From: a virus
Taxonomy: Duplodnaviria > Caudoviricetes
IMG/VR virus record: IMGVR_UViG_3300005805_000211
Location: 1-38,189 of that record
Direction: 5' to 3' (one strand)
DNA length: 38,189 nucleotides
Part shown: positions 18,275-26,869 of the stretch, in pieces
How positions within the stretch are numbered: the first letter of the stretch is position 1
How the letters are laid out: every line of letters starts with the position of its first letter
Translations under genes and position numbers: made by a program
The notes under the pieces: model-generated
Told to the model about the DNA's origin: nothing
Databases searched by the model: none
Seen by the model: the letters and a program-made list of their open reading frames with translations, nothing else

Positions 18275-18694
18275 ATGCCAACAGCATTACTACTTAAAAC
18301 AAATGGTGAAGTTCTACCAATAGAACTGACAAACAATAACGACCACGAAATTATCCACGAAAGTGTTGGGGGTTGGTTTGACTGCGTAAGAAATCACGAA
18401 AGGCGCATTGTCGGTTATGTCCACGACGAAGGGCTACTCATTGGTTTGCCAGCAAATCCAGTTTCGTCGTTTCTCTTTAATCAAGTTCTCGCAGGTGACT
18501 GCGTAATCGTTGGCTCTTTCAGCGAAACGGGCGAGTATGACGGAGAGAGCCACGAACTACCCCCTGCTTTTATGTCAAACAGGTTCGTAGAAATGGCTCG
18601 TGAAATGGGCGCAGATATAGAACTCAACGAGAAACTAAACGCTCTACTCGCAAATGTCGATACCAGTATCACCATAAGCGACTGGGTGGACTAG
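18275..18694 (+). CDS. DUF3846-like protein
   Basis: VGGWFDCV, DEGLLIGLPANPVSS and LAGDCVIVG motifs. Confidence 0.8.
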   Translation: MPTALLLKTNGEVLPIELTNNNDHEIIHESVGGWFDCVRNHERRIVGYVHDEGLLIGLPANPVSSFLFNQVLAGDCVIVGSFSETGEYDGESHELPPAFMSNRFVEMAREMGADIELNEKLNALLANVDTSITISDWVD

Positions 18695-18704
18695 TTATCT
18701 ATGA

Positions 18705-18736
18705 GAGAGTGGCACACCCCCCCGTGTGCCACTCTT
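18705..18736 (+). terminator. hairpin after gene
   Basis: AGAGTGGCACAC / GTGTGCCACTCT. Confidence 0.6.
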
Positions 18737-18784
18737 TCGCCTACCCCTAATAGATAACTTTTTCACCAACCCAACCCAACGAAC

Positions 18785-18894
18785 AAAGCCCCGCCCGACA
18801 CACCAAAAGCCGGGGCTTTAACCCAAACTAATACGGGGGGCTTCCGATAACTATTCTGTATGGGTTGGCTAGTTTGTACCTTTATCAGTATGCT
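18785..18894 (+). repeat. composite cassette element (short)
   Basis: Inverted repeat at 18785-18819, 20-mer at 18833-18852, promoter TGGCTA-GTTTG-N12-TATGCT. Confidence 0.85.
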
Positions 18895-18920
18895 GATGTT
18901 CTACTAAAAGGAGCAACGAT

Positions 18921-19160
18921 ATGACAGATAAAATTTGTACTGCTTGTGGGCGTAAAAGTTCTGAGCATATTCTCTGTAGTTATGACAAAGTCACTCGGTA
19001 TTGTCCTGGCGATAAAATTATGTCCAAAGATGAGGAGTTGGAACTCATTGACGACCTGATTAATATGTTTGATGAATTAGGTTTAACAATAGAAACCTTT
19101 AAGGAATTAGGCTTAATAGATAACAACTACCAACCACTAGAAATCAAAGGGGATAGATAA
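18921..19160 (+). CDS. hypothetical protein
   Basis: AGGAG SD; CTAC motif. Confidence 0.75.
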   Translation: MTDKICTACGRKSSEHILCSYDKVTRYCPGDKIMSKDEELELIDDLINMFDELGLTIETFKELGLIDNNYQPLEIKGDR

Positions 19161-19378
19161 TGATGATAAACACAAATCCACAGGAGTTGCGAGAAACAGT
19201 CAGTCGTGCTTACTGGCAGGGCAGACAAGAGGCACAACAAGAGATAGACCAACTCAAAGCAGAAATTGAGAGACTAAAAAATCTCCGTTTCACTGGTGCG
19301 CCCTACTCTCAAAAAGAGTTGGAGCAAATGGGCAACCCAAACTATGTGACACCAGAAGGGTGGATATCGTGGGAGTAG
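19160..19378 (+). CDS. hypothetical protein
   Basis: TAATG coupling. Confidence 0.75.
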   Translation: MMINTNPQELRETVSRAYWQGRQEAQQEIDQLKAEIERLKNLRFTGAPYSQKELEQMGNPNYVTPEGWISWE

Positions 19379-19572
19379 TTGTAAACGAATTTAATGAGTG
19401 GTGGCTTAATCATCTCGCCCAAGAAACAGAGAAGGCTAAAAAGCGAGCAGATAGGCTTTATCCAACTCGTGTTCTCAGCAATAAATTAAAAAGAGAAATC
19501 TTTATGGACTGCTTTCATTGGGCGATGTTGGAGCAACGACTGACAATGGAGCAACTTTATGATAAGAAGTAA
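19360..19572 (+). CDS. hypothetical protein (start uncertain)
   Basis: Fills the gap in the operon. Confidence 0.6.
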   Translation: MDIVGVVVNEFNEWWLNHLAQETEKAKKRADRLYPTRVLSNKLKREIFMDCFHWAMLEQRLTMEQLYDKK

Positions 19573-19822
19573 AGAAGTAATAAACGGCGACAAAGACTGG
19601 TTTATTTGCTTGTGTAAAAACGAACCACACTTAGACGGATTTTTTACTTGTCTGCCCAACGGGAGCATTACGCCACCAACGCTTAACGGTGACTGGCAAG
19701 GCGTATATTACGTTTGTGGTAAATGTAGTCGCATTATCAACCAAGACACGCTAGAGGTCGCTGGTGTCTGCTCTGAGCAAGTTGCTTTTAATAACGCCAA
19801 CTATAATTGGGATCTCTACTAA
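19559..19822 (+). CDS. hypothetical Cys-rich protein
   Basis: CLC.N...GF.TC and CGKC motifs; GGAG SD. Confidence 0.75.
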   Translation: MIRSKEVINGDKDWFICLCKNEPHLDGFFTCLPNGSITPPTLNGDWQGVYYVCGKCSRIINQDTLEVAGVCSEQVAFNNANYNWDLY

Positions 19823-20184
19823 TGATAATAGATAACTTTTTTTCGCGAATTCGCTCGCTTGTGTCCGTTATCTATCAGTGTCTCATTGCTCAAAAACGAA
19901 ACGAACGGGTAATAGGTATAAAGGCTGAAATCATCTCAGATGAGATTATGTTGGAGTCTCCCTATTCTGTAGTTGCCAAAACTAGAGAATTAGTTTATTG
20001 CTCGCTTTCTCGTCAGCCAAAATATGAATTATTTGACGAGTATGGGATTCCTGATGATGATGTCTTTCACTATTTCCCAGACATTAAGAGTGTTCTAAAG
20101 CAGTGTGTATCCACTGGCGATAATGGTTGGCGTATTTACTCTTGCGAACTAGTGTCTGCAAAAGAGGATTTGCTAGACGCCTAA
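19822..20184 (+). CDS. hypothetical protein
   Basis: TAATG coupling favours start 19822. Confidence 0.65.
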   Translation: MIIDNFFSRIRSLVSVIYQCLIAQKRNERVIGIKAEIISDEIMLESPYSVVAKTRELVYCSLSRQPKYELFDEYGIPDDDVFHYFPDIKSVLKQCVSTGDNGWRIYSCELVSAKEDLLDA

Positions 20185-20216
20185 CCCTAATAGATAACTT
20201 TTTTTTGACCGGAAAG

Positions 20217-20415
20217 AGCCCCGGGTCCAACGGAACATGCGGGGCTTCGACCTGTCGGCATAGGGGGCTGGGGGGCTTCCAATAACTCTCGGCTGTAAAT
20301 AAAATGATTTTATTTGATGACCCTGAACGCTGGGGCTTCCGATAACTCTCTAATAGATAACTTTATTTGACGGTGGTGGATGAGGTTGGCAAGTCTGTAC
20401 TTGTGGGGATATAGT
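20217..20415 (+). repeat. composite element with two polar motifs
   Basis: Inverted repeat at 20217-20246, motifs at 20270-20287 and 20332-20347, 12-mer, 16-mer at 20368-20383, promoter at 20387-20415. Confidence 0.85.
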
Positions 20416-20446
20416 GGGTCGTACCACAACTAACAAAGGATTAAAT

Positions 20447-21175
20447 ATGCCTAATTGGTGCTATCAAAACCTAGAAATACGAGGACCGAAATCTGACATT
20501 GACGAATTCTTTGACGCCATGCAACAGTCAGTTCCCGACTCTGAGGGGGTAATCCATACAACGAGCGAACTCAACCACTTATGCCCACTTGATGAAAGAA
20601 CATACGCCTACAAAACTATTACCGACAAAGACGGAAATGAAAAACTCATAAGAACCTATGCGACTATGGAAGAAAATGGCTTTGACGGCTATAACCACGC
20701 AGTAGAAGTGTGGGGAACAAAGTGGGGCGCATGCGATTTGGAAGTCAATAGTCGCAAAGGCAAATATCCACTTCATATTTACTTCACTAGTGCTTGGTCG
20801 CCTGCGTCTGGCTTAATTAGGGGCATATCCACGAAGTACCCGACTCTAATTTTCGGGCTGAGATACACAGAGGAAGCAGATTTTTTTGCTGGATACGAAA
20901 TAGTCCAAAATGGGAAAATTCGCCATACTGCCAATGCTGGGTCTGCCAACACTGTGGAAGCAGATGAGTGGTTGGAAACTCAGAAACAACTAGCAGAAAG
21001 TAATCCTGAAATCAAAGAGTGCGACTATATGGATACTTACTACGACATGTGCAATGAAGCCCGAGAACTCCGTGACGATAAATTAGAAACGGGATATCAG
21101 AAAGTTATGAATTCCTTCTCACGGTGCTACTCGGCTAAACCACCGAAAGAAAAGGTGATGACTACCCCCTTTTAA
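20447..21175 (+). CDS. YubB/DUF1281-like ferredoxin-fold protein
   Basis: MPNWC.N.L.I.G, WGTKWG and F.SAWSP motifs; AAGGA SD. Confidence 0.85.
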   Translation: MPNWCYQNLEIRGPKSDIDEFFDAMQQSVPDSEGVIHTTSELNHLCPLDERTYAYKTITDKDGNEKLIRTYATMEENGFDGYNHAVEVWGTKWGACDLEVNSRKGKYPLHIYFTSAWSPASGLIRGISTKYPTLIFGLRYTEEADFFAGYEIVQNGKIRHTANAGSANTVEADEWLETQKQLAESNPEIKECDYMDTYYDMCNEARELRDDKLETGYQKVMNSFSRCYSAKPPKEKVMTTPF

Positions 21176-21225
21176 CTTAATAGATAACTTATTAGACACA
21201 AACCCATAATCAAACAAAGGAAAAA

Positions 21226-21447
21226 ATGGATACCAAAATAGAAAAAGAATCAAAAAAAATAGCAATGCGCTTATTGCAGGAGCGACAAGCAAAAGACTGG
21301 TCGCAACAGGAACTCGCCGATAGGGCTGGTCTTGACCGAAAAACAGTCAACCGAATTGAGAACCTGCACTTCTCGCCAAGTATGGAAACCTTCTTGCGTC
21401 TATGCAATGCAATGAAAGTCCGACCACAAGAAGTCATTAAGGGCTAG
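21226..21447 (+). CDS. XRE-family HTH transcriptional regulator
   Basis: SQQELADRAGLDRKTVNRIEN...PS. Confidence 0.9.
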   Translation: MDTKIEKESKKIAMRLLQERQAKDWSQQELADRAGLDRKTVNRIENLHFSPSMETFLRLCNAMKVRPQEVIKG

Positions 21448-21460
21448 TTATCGGTTCGTG

Positions 21461-21503
21461 GTGGTCGCTATGCCTGCACCTTTCATGCTTGCATGGCGAC
21501 CAC
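21461..21503 (+). other. hairpin with anti-SD-like loop
   Basis: 13-bp stem with one G-U pair, loop CCUUUCA. Confidence 0.5.
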
Positions 21504-21508
21504 TCGGC

Positions 21509-21549
21509 TAATAGATAACTCTGCTAGTTTGTACCCTTACTGATATGCT
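21509..21549 (+). promoter_or_regulatory. 12-mer plus cassette-type promoter
   Basis: TAATAGATAACT-CTGCTA-GTTTG-N12-TATGCT. Confidence 0.8.
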
Positions 21550-21580
21550 CTACTAACCACAACTACTACAAGGAGAAATT

Positions 21581-22294
21581 ATGTCAGACGAAAAAGACAA
21601 CCAAAACACCGAAGCACCAGAGCGCACAAGCGACCCTACGAAGTTTCGTAATCAGGTAATGCTGGAAGCACTCAAAGACACAATGACCCGAACCATATAT
21701 GCAAAAACAGAAATGTGCAAAGCAGAACCAATGTCTGACAACCCACCACTTCTGTTGGTTGCCTATAATGCAGACGCAGAGAACACGCCGAAACTCCAAG
21801 TTGGCGACAATGAAAAAATCAAAATGGGCATGATTCCACTTATCCACTCGGACGATGTTCGTGACGCTTTAATTGACGTAATTGGCGCATTGCCAAGCGA
21901 ACAATTTGAGTTCATGATTCTCGCTGTTGAGGGATACCACGACACTGCACAAGTAAACGGTGAACTGCCCGAAAATTGGAAGCGAGGCGATTTGGCTGAG
22001 GACTACAAAACAAATCCATTTACTACCGTAAAAGAGGGAATCATAGTTAGTGGCGTGGACTGGGAACACGAATACGCCATAAACGGTCATTGCACTTACT
22101 CTTACGATGACAAGGGCGTTCCAGTGTTTGACGAAACAGACATGAGTTGGTCGCAAATAGAAATCAGTGAGGAAACTGGCATGATGACTTTTATTATGGC
22201 TAGTGCTTGCAGTTTTATGCAGAGAAAACTCCTAGCAGAACACTTCCACTCATTATTGGAGTCAACTCCTAAAAAGAAAAATAACCCACAATGA
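21581..22294 (+). CDS. hypothetical protein
   Basis: AAGGAG SD. Confidence 0.85.
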   Translation: MSDEKDNQNTEAPERTSDPTKFRNQVMLEALKDTMTRTIYAKTEMCKAEPMSDNPPLLLVAYNADAENTPKLQVGDNEKIKMGMIPLIHSDDVRDALIDVIGALPSEQFEFMILAVEGYHDTAQVNGELPENWKRGDLAEDYKTNPFTTVKEGIIVSGVDWEHEYAINGHCTYSYDDKGVPVFDETDMSWSQIEISEETGMMTFIMASACSFMQRKLLAEHFHSLLESTPKKKNNPQ

Positions 22295-22446
22295 ACGAAA
22301 ACGCCGTAAAGCAAATCACCGAAATTGTTGATAAAGCAATAGGCACAATATCGGGAAGGGAGTTGGTGGCTTCGTCTGAAATCATTGACCTACTTCTTGA
22401 TATCCGACTACTCCTACTAACAGAGACAGACAAGGAAACAGCATGA
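22291..22446 (+). CDS. small hypothetical protein (51 aa, not in ORF track)
   Basis: ATGA overlaps at both ends; MNENAVKQITEIVDKAIG... Confidence 0.7.
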   Translation: MNENAVKQITEIVDKAIGTISGRELVASSEIIDLLLDIRLLLLTETDKETA

Positions 22447-22808
22447 CAATAGAATTAACTGGCGAGGACAAAAACAACCCTTTTTTGGCACTTGGGCAAT
22501 TTGATATTGAGGACCTATCCCTACTGACCGAAGCCATAGGCTTATTCGTGCAGAACAACTCACGGCTCATGTTTGACGCAAAGGAAGTCCACGAAGTCGC
22601 CAAATGTACTAATGACAAAGAACGTCAGAAGGCGATATCCAAACTAAAACCAAAATATAAAGGTCATGCACTAGATGACGATGAGATAAACCGACTAGAC
22701 CTAATAGATAACTTAGTACTTGACGCAATGAGCGCACTGGAAGCCAAAGAGGAATCGGGCGCAGTCATACTCTCGCTAGAGGAACACCTAAAGAATCAGG
22801 AGGAGTGA
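22443..22808 (+). CDS. hypothetical protein
   Basis: AAGGA SD; ATGA overlap. Confidence 0.8.
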   Translation: MTIELTGEDKNNPFLALGQFDIEDLSLLTEAIGLFVQNNSRLMFDAKEVHEVAKCTNDKERQKAISKLKPKYKGHALDDDEINRLDLIDNLVLDAMSALEAKEESGAVILSLEEHLKNQEE

Positions 22809-23106
22809 TTCGGCTTTGCTGTCAGCCTGAGCCCCGCTTTACTCTTTCAAAAATTGCTCCCGACGTTAAAAAAAATCAAAAAAATACACTCTTGGGCGGC
22901 CGGCCGGCGGCGAGAAAAAATCAAAAAAATGTAATTTTTTATATGACGGTGGTGGATGAGATGGCAGTGGTGGCAGTGCGAAGAATTCGGACTCCAAGTC
23001 ATAACGAAAATTTCACTTTTTTAACCATGTACCGCGCAAGTCTGATATTGGGTTCGGTAGCATGGGGGGCTAATAGATAACTTTTAACTACAAAAAAGGA
23101 TTTATC

Positions 23107-23592
23107 GTGGAAACTATCAATGACGAGTACGTAGATACAGTCAATAAAGAACTGTGGAGTAAAGCCCGAGAAAAGTACGGCTCTAACTACTCTGTACCCA
23201 AAGATGAAATTTCCTACATCGGCGAACTCATTAGAGGGCTACATGTGCTGGGGATTTGGCAAAAGGAAGGGCAAGCAAAAGCCCCCGAATCTGTCTTGCG
23301 CTCATACTCCGTCATGGAGCATGTAATCCCCGAAGTAATTAAAAGGGCTTTAGGTAAACAGGAAATAGAAACTGCCGAGTCTTTGCGCCCAGAAAAAAGA
23401 GAAAAAAAATGGAATTCTTTTATTGCTTGGGCGAAACTTCATGAAGCCGAACAATTCACTACCGAACAACTGGTAGAGGTTTGCGGGTTCTCTTACCAGA
23501 CAACTCTTGAGTTCTTAAAGATTTCTCCATACTTTAAGAAAATCAAAAAGGGTCTTTACGAAATAACGAACCCAAAGACTAAAGATAAATAA
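23107..23592 (+). CDS. hypothetical protein, possible C-terminal winged HTH
   Basis: AAGGA SD; FTTEQLVEVCGFSYQT...KKIKKGLY; variant promoter at 23034-23063. Confidence 0.75.
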   Translation: METINDEYVDTVNKELWSKAREKYGSNYSVPKDEISYIGELIRGLHVLGIWQKEGQAKAPESVLRSYSVMEHVIPEVIKRALGKQEIETAESLRPEKREKKWNSFIAWAKLHEAEQFTTEQLVEVCGFSYQTTLEFLKISPYFKKIKKGLYEITNPKTKDK

Positions 23593-23640
23593 GTCTTTCT
23601 TTAATAGATAACTTTTTATCTTTCTTTCTTTTTACAAAAA

Positions 23641-23886
23641 AGCCCCGCTCTACCCAAAACCAAACGGGGCTTCGGCTCGCCGAGCAAGCAGACAGGCACG
23701 ACGGGGGGCTTCCGATAACTGGCGCACACTTCGCTTCGCTTCGTGCTTGCCCACACCCAAACAGCCACCTCTAATAGATAACTCCAAGCACACCTCTAAT
23801 AGATAACTCTCTCTAATAGATAACTTCCAACAATAATAAATAGTCTTAAATAAATGTTGGCTAGTCTGTACCCTTCCCGATACAGT
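23641..23886 (+). repeat. composite cassette element with three tandem 12-mers
   Basis: Inverted repeat at 23641-23671, 20-mer at 23701-23720, block, CTCTAATAGATAACT three times, promoter at 23858-23886. Confidence 0.9.
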
Positions 23887-23926
23887 TGGTCTTGCCATAT
23901 CAACCACAACAAAAAGGAGTAATAAA

Positions 23927-24649
23927 ATGGCAGATACAACGAACAAACTCCCCGAGTGCTGGCAGGCACTTGAGGACACACTTAATGCAGGAATTGACCG
24001 AGTGATTCTATTCGGACCTTCGGGTATCGGAAAGACTTACGCAGGTCTAACTACTGGTGATGTTTCGGCTGGCGCATACCGACTGGTCTGCACAGAGGAC
24101 ATGACCAATATGGACGTGACTGGTGGATTCATGCCAAACGGCAAAGGTGGATTCCAGTGGCTCAATGGCTCGGCTCTAAAGGCTTGGCAAGGAAACGGGA
24201 AAAAGGGTGGTCGGCTCATCGTTGATGAAGTTGACAAGGCTTCGGGCGATGTGTTCGCAACACTTCTCTCAATGCTTGATTCACCTGAATCGGCTTCATA
24301 CGAACACCCTGAGACTGGCGAGGTAATTCGTCCATTAGAGGGATTCTCAGCAATTATGACTACAAACATTGAGACAATGGGCGAACTCCCAACTGCTCTC
24401 GCTGACCGATTCCCGATTCGGATTCGCATTGACAAGCCACACCCACAAGCGTTGCTTCGTCTTTCACCTGACCTTCGTGAGTATGCAGTTCGCATGGCTG
24501 ACGCTGGTGATGACAGAATCTCACTCCGAGCCTTCATCGCTCTTGACACACTTCGCAAGAGTGTCGGTATGGAACGAGCCTGCCACCTGACCTTCGGGCG
24601 CAGGGCTAAGCAGATTCTTGACGCTATTGCAGTGGACATGGTGAAATAA
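23927..24649 (+). CDS. MoxR/CobS-like AAA+ ATPase
   Basis: Walker A GPSGIGKT, Walker B LIVDE, TTN sensor, ALADRF. Confidence 0.9.
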   Translation: MADTTNKLPECWQALEDTLNAGIDRVILFGPSGIGKTYAGLTTGDVSAGAYRLVCTEDMTNMDVTGGFMPNGKGGFQWLNGSALKAWQGNGKKGGRLIVDEVDKASGDVFATLLSMLDSPESASYEHPETGEVIRPLEGFSAIMTTNIETMGELPTALADRFPIRIRIDKPHPQALLRLSPDLREYAVRMADAGDDRISLRAFIALDTLRKSVGMERACHLTFGRRAKQILDAIAVDMVK

Positions 24650-24651
24650 CC

Positions 24652-26202
24652 ATGTCACGACACACTCCACAAACTACAGCAGGTAGGGGCAAGCCCTTCC
24701 CTACCTCAATAGATAACTCCAAGAGGGGGTCGGCTAAGGCAGAGCCGACCCTTATTGGGCGAAAAGACATAGAACACGGCACTTGGACAGTCGAAAATTG
24801 CCGAGCAGTGCGTGGCGAGCCACGAACAAGCATTACTGAACGCATTATGTTTGCGCCAAGCGATGATGATGAAAAGGCTCGGGCTGTTCGGGCGCATGAA
24901 ATGATGCACTCCAAAATCTCACCCTCTACGCAAATGGATAAGTGGGTGGAACGACAAATTGCGTCAGAGCAAGCACTCATTGTTGCTGAGGAATTGCGAG
25001 TCAACTACCTATGCTCTAAAGCAGGGTTTGATATGTCGCACTTGGCAGACGGGGGCGAACTCGCAGACGGGGAGCGTATGGGTGCAACCAAAGACTGGGC
25101 TGGTTGCGTGGCTACGGCGTTCGCAACTGCTGGAACAGGTGCTAACAAATTATTCCTAAACGGCGTTCGCAGACATAACAGAGAGTGGGGCGAAATCTTA
25201 CTTAAAATCTCTAAGCGAGCATTAAGAGAAATTAAGAAAGCCGATAAATCTAGAGATCTTGCAGACACAAGCGTAGATAGCAGTAGTGGACTATCACCCA
25301 TAGGGTTCTCTCACACCGAGAGAATCGCAGAGTGGATAGACAGACTTGCCATGTTTCCACCACCACCTGAACAAACTAAAAAAGTCAAAAAGTCAAACAA
25401 GTCGGATAAAAGCGAGGGCGATTCCTCAATAGATAACTCCGACAAACGAACTGCACACACCAACAAAGGTGCGTCTGATAGTGGAAATAAAGACGGAAAG
25501 CCTGACCTTGACCAAATCACCCCGAGCGAACCTACTCGTGGTATCCCACGCTGGACAGAACTACGGATAGAGCGTTGCCCAATGCCAAAATACAGCAAAG
25601 GTCATATCGGTAAAAAACGAATTGCTACAAACATGGGTCGCAGACCACGCCGTATGCACCGTATGTTGACCGACCCAAGTATGCGAGTGTTTGACAGAAC
25701 AGTTCGTGGTAGTGGTGGCATGGTCATACTTGACGCAAGTGGTTCTATGTCTTTCACTGAATCACAAATTGCAGAAATCCTAGAACACGCTCCAGGTGCT
25801 ACTATCGCTATGTATTCGGATAGGGGCAATACTGGAACGAATATGTGGATAGTCGCTGATAAGGGTCGCATGGTAGAGCAGTTGCCCGACTATGGATTCG
25901 GAAACGGCGTTGACTTCCCTGCTATTGAGTGGGGCGTTAAGAATCGAGCCAAGAAAAATGCACCTCTCGTATGGGTCACTGACGGGGGAGTATGTGGACA
26001 CAATGACAGTTTCAATAGTGTTCTCGCTATGCAGTGTTTGACATACGCTCGCAAGAATCGCTATATCATCGTTCCCCACGCTGACGAAGCAATAAAGCAA
26101 CTAAAGCAACTGGCGAACAATGGAAAGGCAAAAAGCGTCTATCCACCAATGTTTAAGGAAGTGTGGAAAAGCGTTCACGGCACTATCCCTTTGACCGACT
26201 AA
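24652..26202 (+). CDS. HEXXH metallopeptidase-like domain plus VWA domain protein
   Basis: AHEMMH...EE motif, low-complexity linker, MIDAS DASGS, VTDG. Confidence 0.85.
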   Translation: MSRHTPQTTAGRGKPFPTSIDNSKRGSAKAEPTLIGRKDIEHGTWTVENCRAVRGEPRTSITERIMFAPSDDDEKARAVRAHEMMHSKISPSTQMDKWVERQIASEQALIVAEELRVNYLCSKAGFDMSHLADGGELADGERMGATKDWAGCVATAFATAGTGANKLFLNGVRRHNREWGEILLKISKRALREIKKADKSRDLADTSVDSSSGLSPIGFSHTERIAEWIDRLAMFPPPPEQTKKVKKSNKSDKSEGDSSIDNSDKRTAHTNKGASDSGNKDGKPDLDQITPSEPTRGIPRWTELRIERCPMPKYSKGHIGKKRIATNMGRRPRRMHRMLTDPSMRVFDRTVRGSGGMVILDASGSMSFTESQIAEILEHAPGATIAMYSDRGNTGTNMWIVADKGRMVEQLPDYGFGNGVDFPAIEWGVKNRAKKNAPLVWVTDGGVCGHNDSFNSVLAMQCLTYARKNRYIIVPHADEAIKQLKQLANNGKAKSVYPPMFKEVWKSVHGTIPLTD

Positions 26203-26247
26203 CTAAATAGATAACTTCTCGCCTGCTCTAAACGGCAGGCAAGACTA

Positions 26248-26289
26248 GCACTACCCACCAGTTTAATTACTCCAACTGGTGGGTAGTGT
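26248..26289 (+). other. long hairpin with anti-SD-like loop
   Basis: 16-bp stem, loop UAAUUACUCC. Confidence 0.55.
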
Positions 26290-26325
26290 CTTATTCACGG
26301 AACAACTACTAGAAAAGAGAAAAAA

Positions 26326-26568
26326 ATGAAAGAAATAGAAATACCAAAAGAACACTACAACGACTTAACACTGAATCAAATGGCAGATTTAGAAAGCACT
26401 CTTAATAGTCTGCAAGAGGCGATAGAGGCTCTTACAGAAGTCAAAAACATGATAATCGCAGGCAAGTTCTCGCAACGAGAAGCAGAACTTACGCATGATG
26501 ATTTAATCAAAAATGCAGGTTTAGATTTCTTGTCTGCTATGGAACAATACGCTTGGTCTGACCATTAA
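26326..26568 (+). CDS. hypothetical protein
   Basis: CAACTAC leader and purine-rich RBS. Confidence 0.75.
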   Translation: MKEIEIPKEHYNDLTLNQMADLESTLNSLQEAIEALTEVKNMIIAGKFSQREAELTHDDLIKNAGLDFLSAMEQYAWSDH

Positions 26569-26581
26569 AAGGGGCGAGCCA

Positions 26582-26824
26582 ATGACAAAAAAAATAACAC
26601 TTGATGAGTGGCACGAGAGATATTTACAGCCCTTCACGAACGATGACAGGCTACAGCAGGTCATAGACGCTTATGGTGGGTTTGCAGGCTGGGTGCTTGA
26701 CGGAGTGTTGGCAACAAAAAACATAGACGGTGAGTGGGTTACTGACCATGAGTGCCTAGAGATAATTTCTTTACTGATTAGTCGCTACCTTGACGCAGTC
26801 AATAGAGGGATAGACGCTCACTGA
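26582..26824 (+). CDS. hypothetical protein
   Basis: AAGGGG SD. Confidence 0.75.
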   Translation: MTKKITLDEWHERYLQPFTNDDRLQQVIDAYGGFAGWVLDGVLATKNIDGEWVTDHECLEIISLLISRYLDAVNRGIDAH

Positions 26825-26869
26825 GACTAATAGATAACTCTAATAGATAACTCCAAAGAAAGAGAAAAA

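Noticed and set aside
11253-23720. CRISPR array based on the recurring 20-mer
   Set aside because: Copies are mostly 0.7-3.4 kb apart and enclose whole genes. There are no regular spacers and no cas genes.
3035-23886. Classical integron attC sites
   Set aside because: No RYYYAAC...GTTRRRY boundaries with a long imperfect palindrome, the cassettes have their own promoters, and no IntI is present in the window.
24037-25871. Long antisense ORFs opposite the AAA+/VWA genes (also those opposite DUF932 and the helicase)
   Set aside because: These are shadow frames of well-supported genes, with no RBS and no recognisable motifs.
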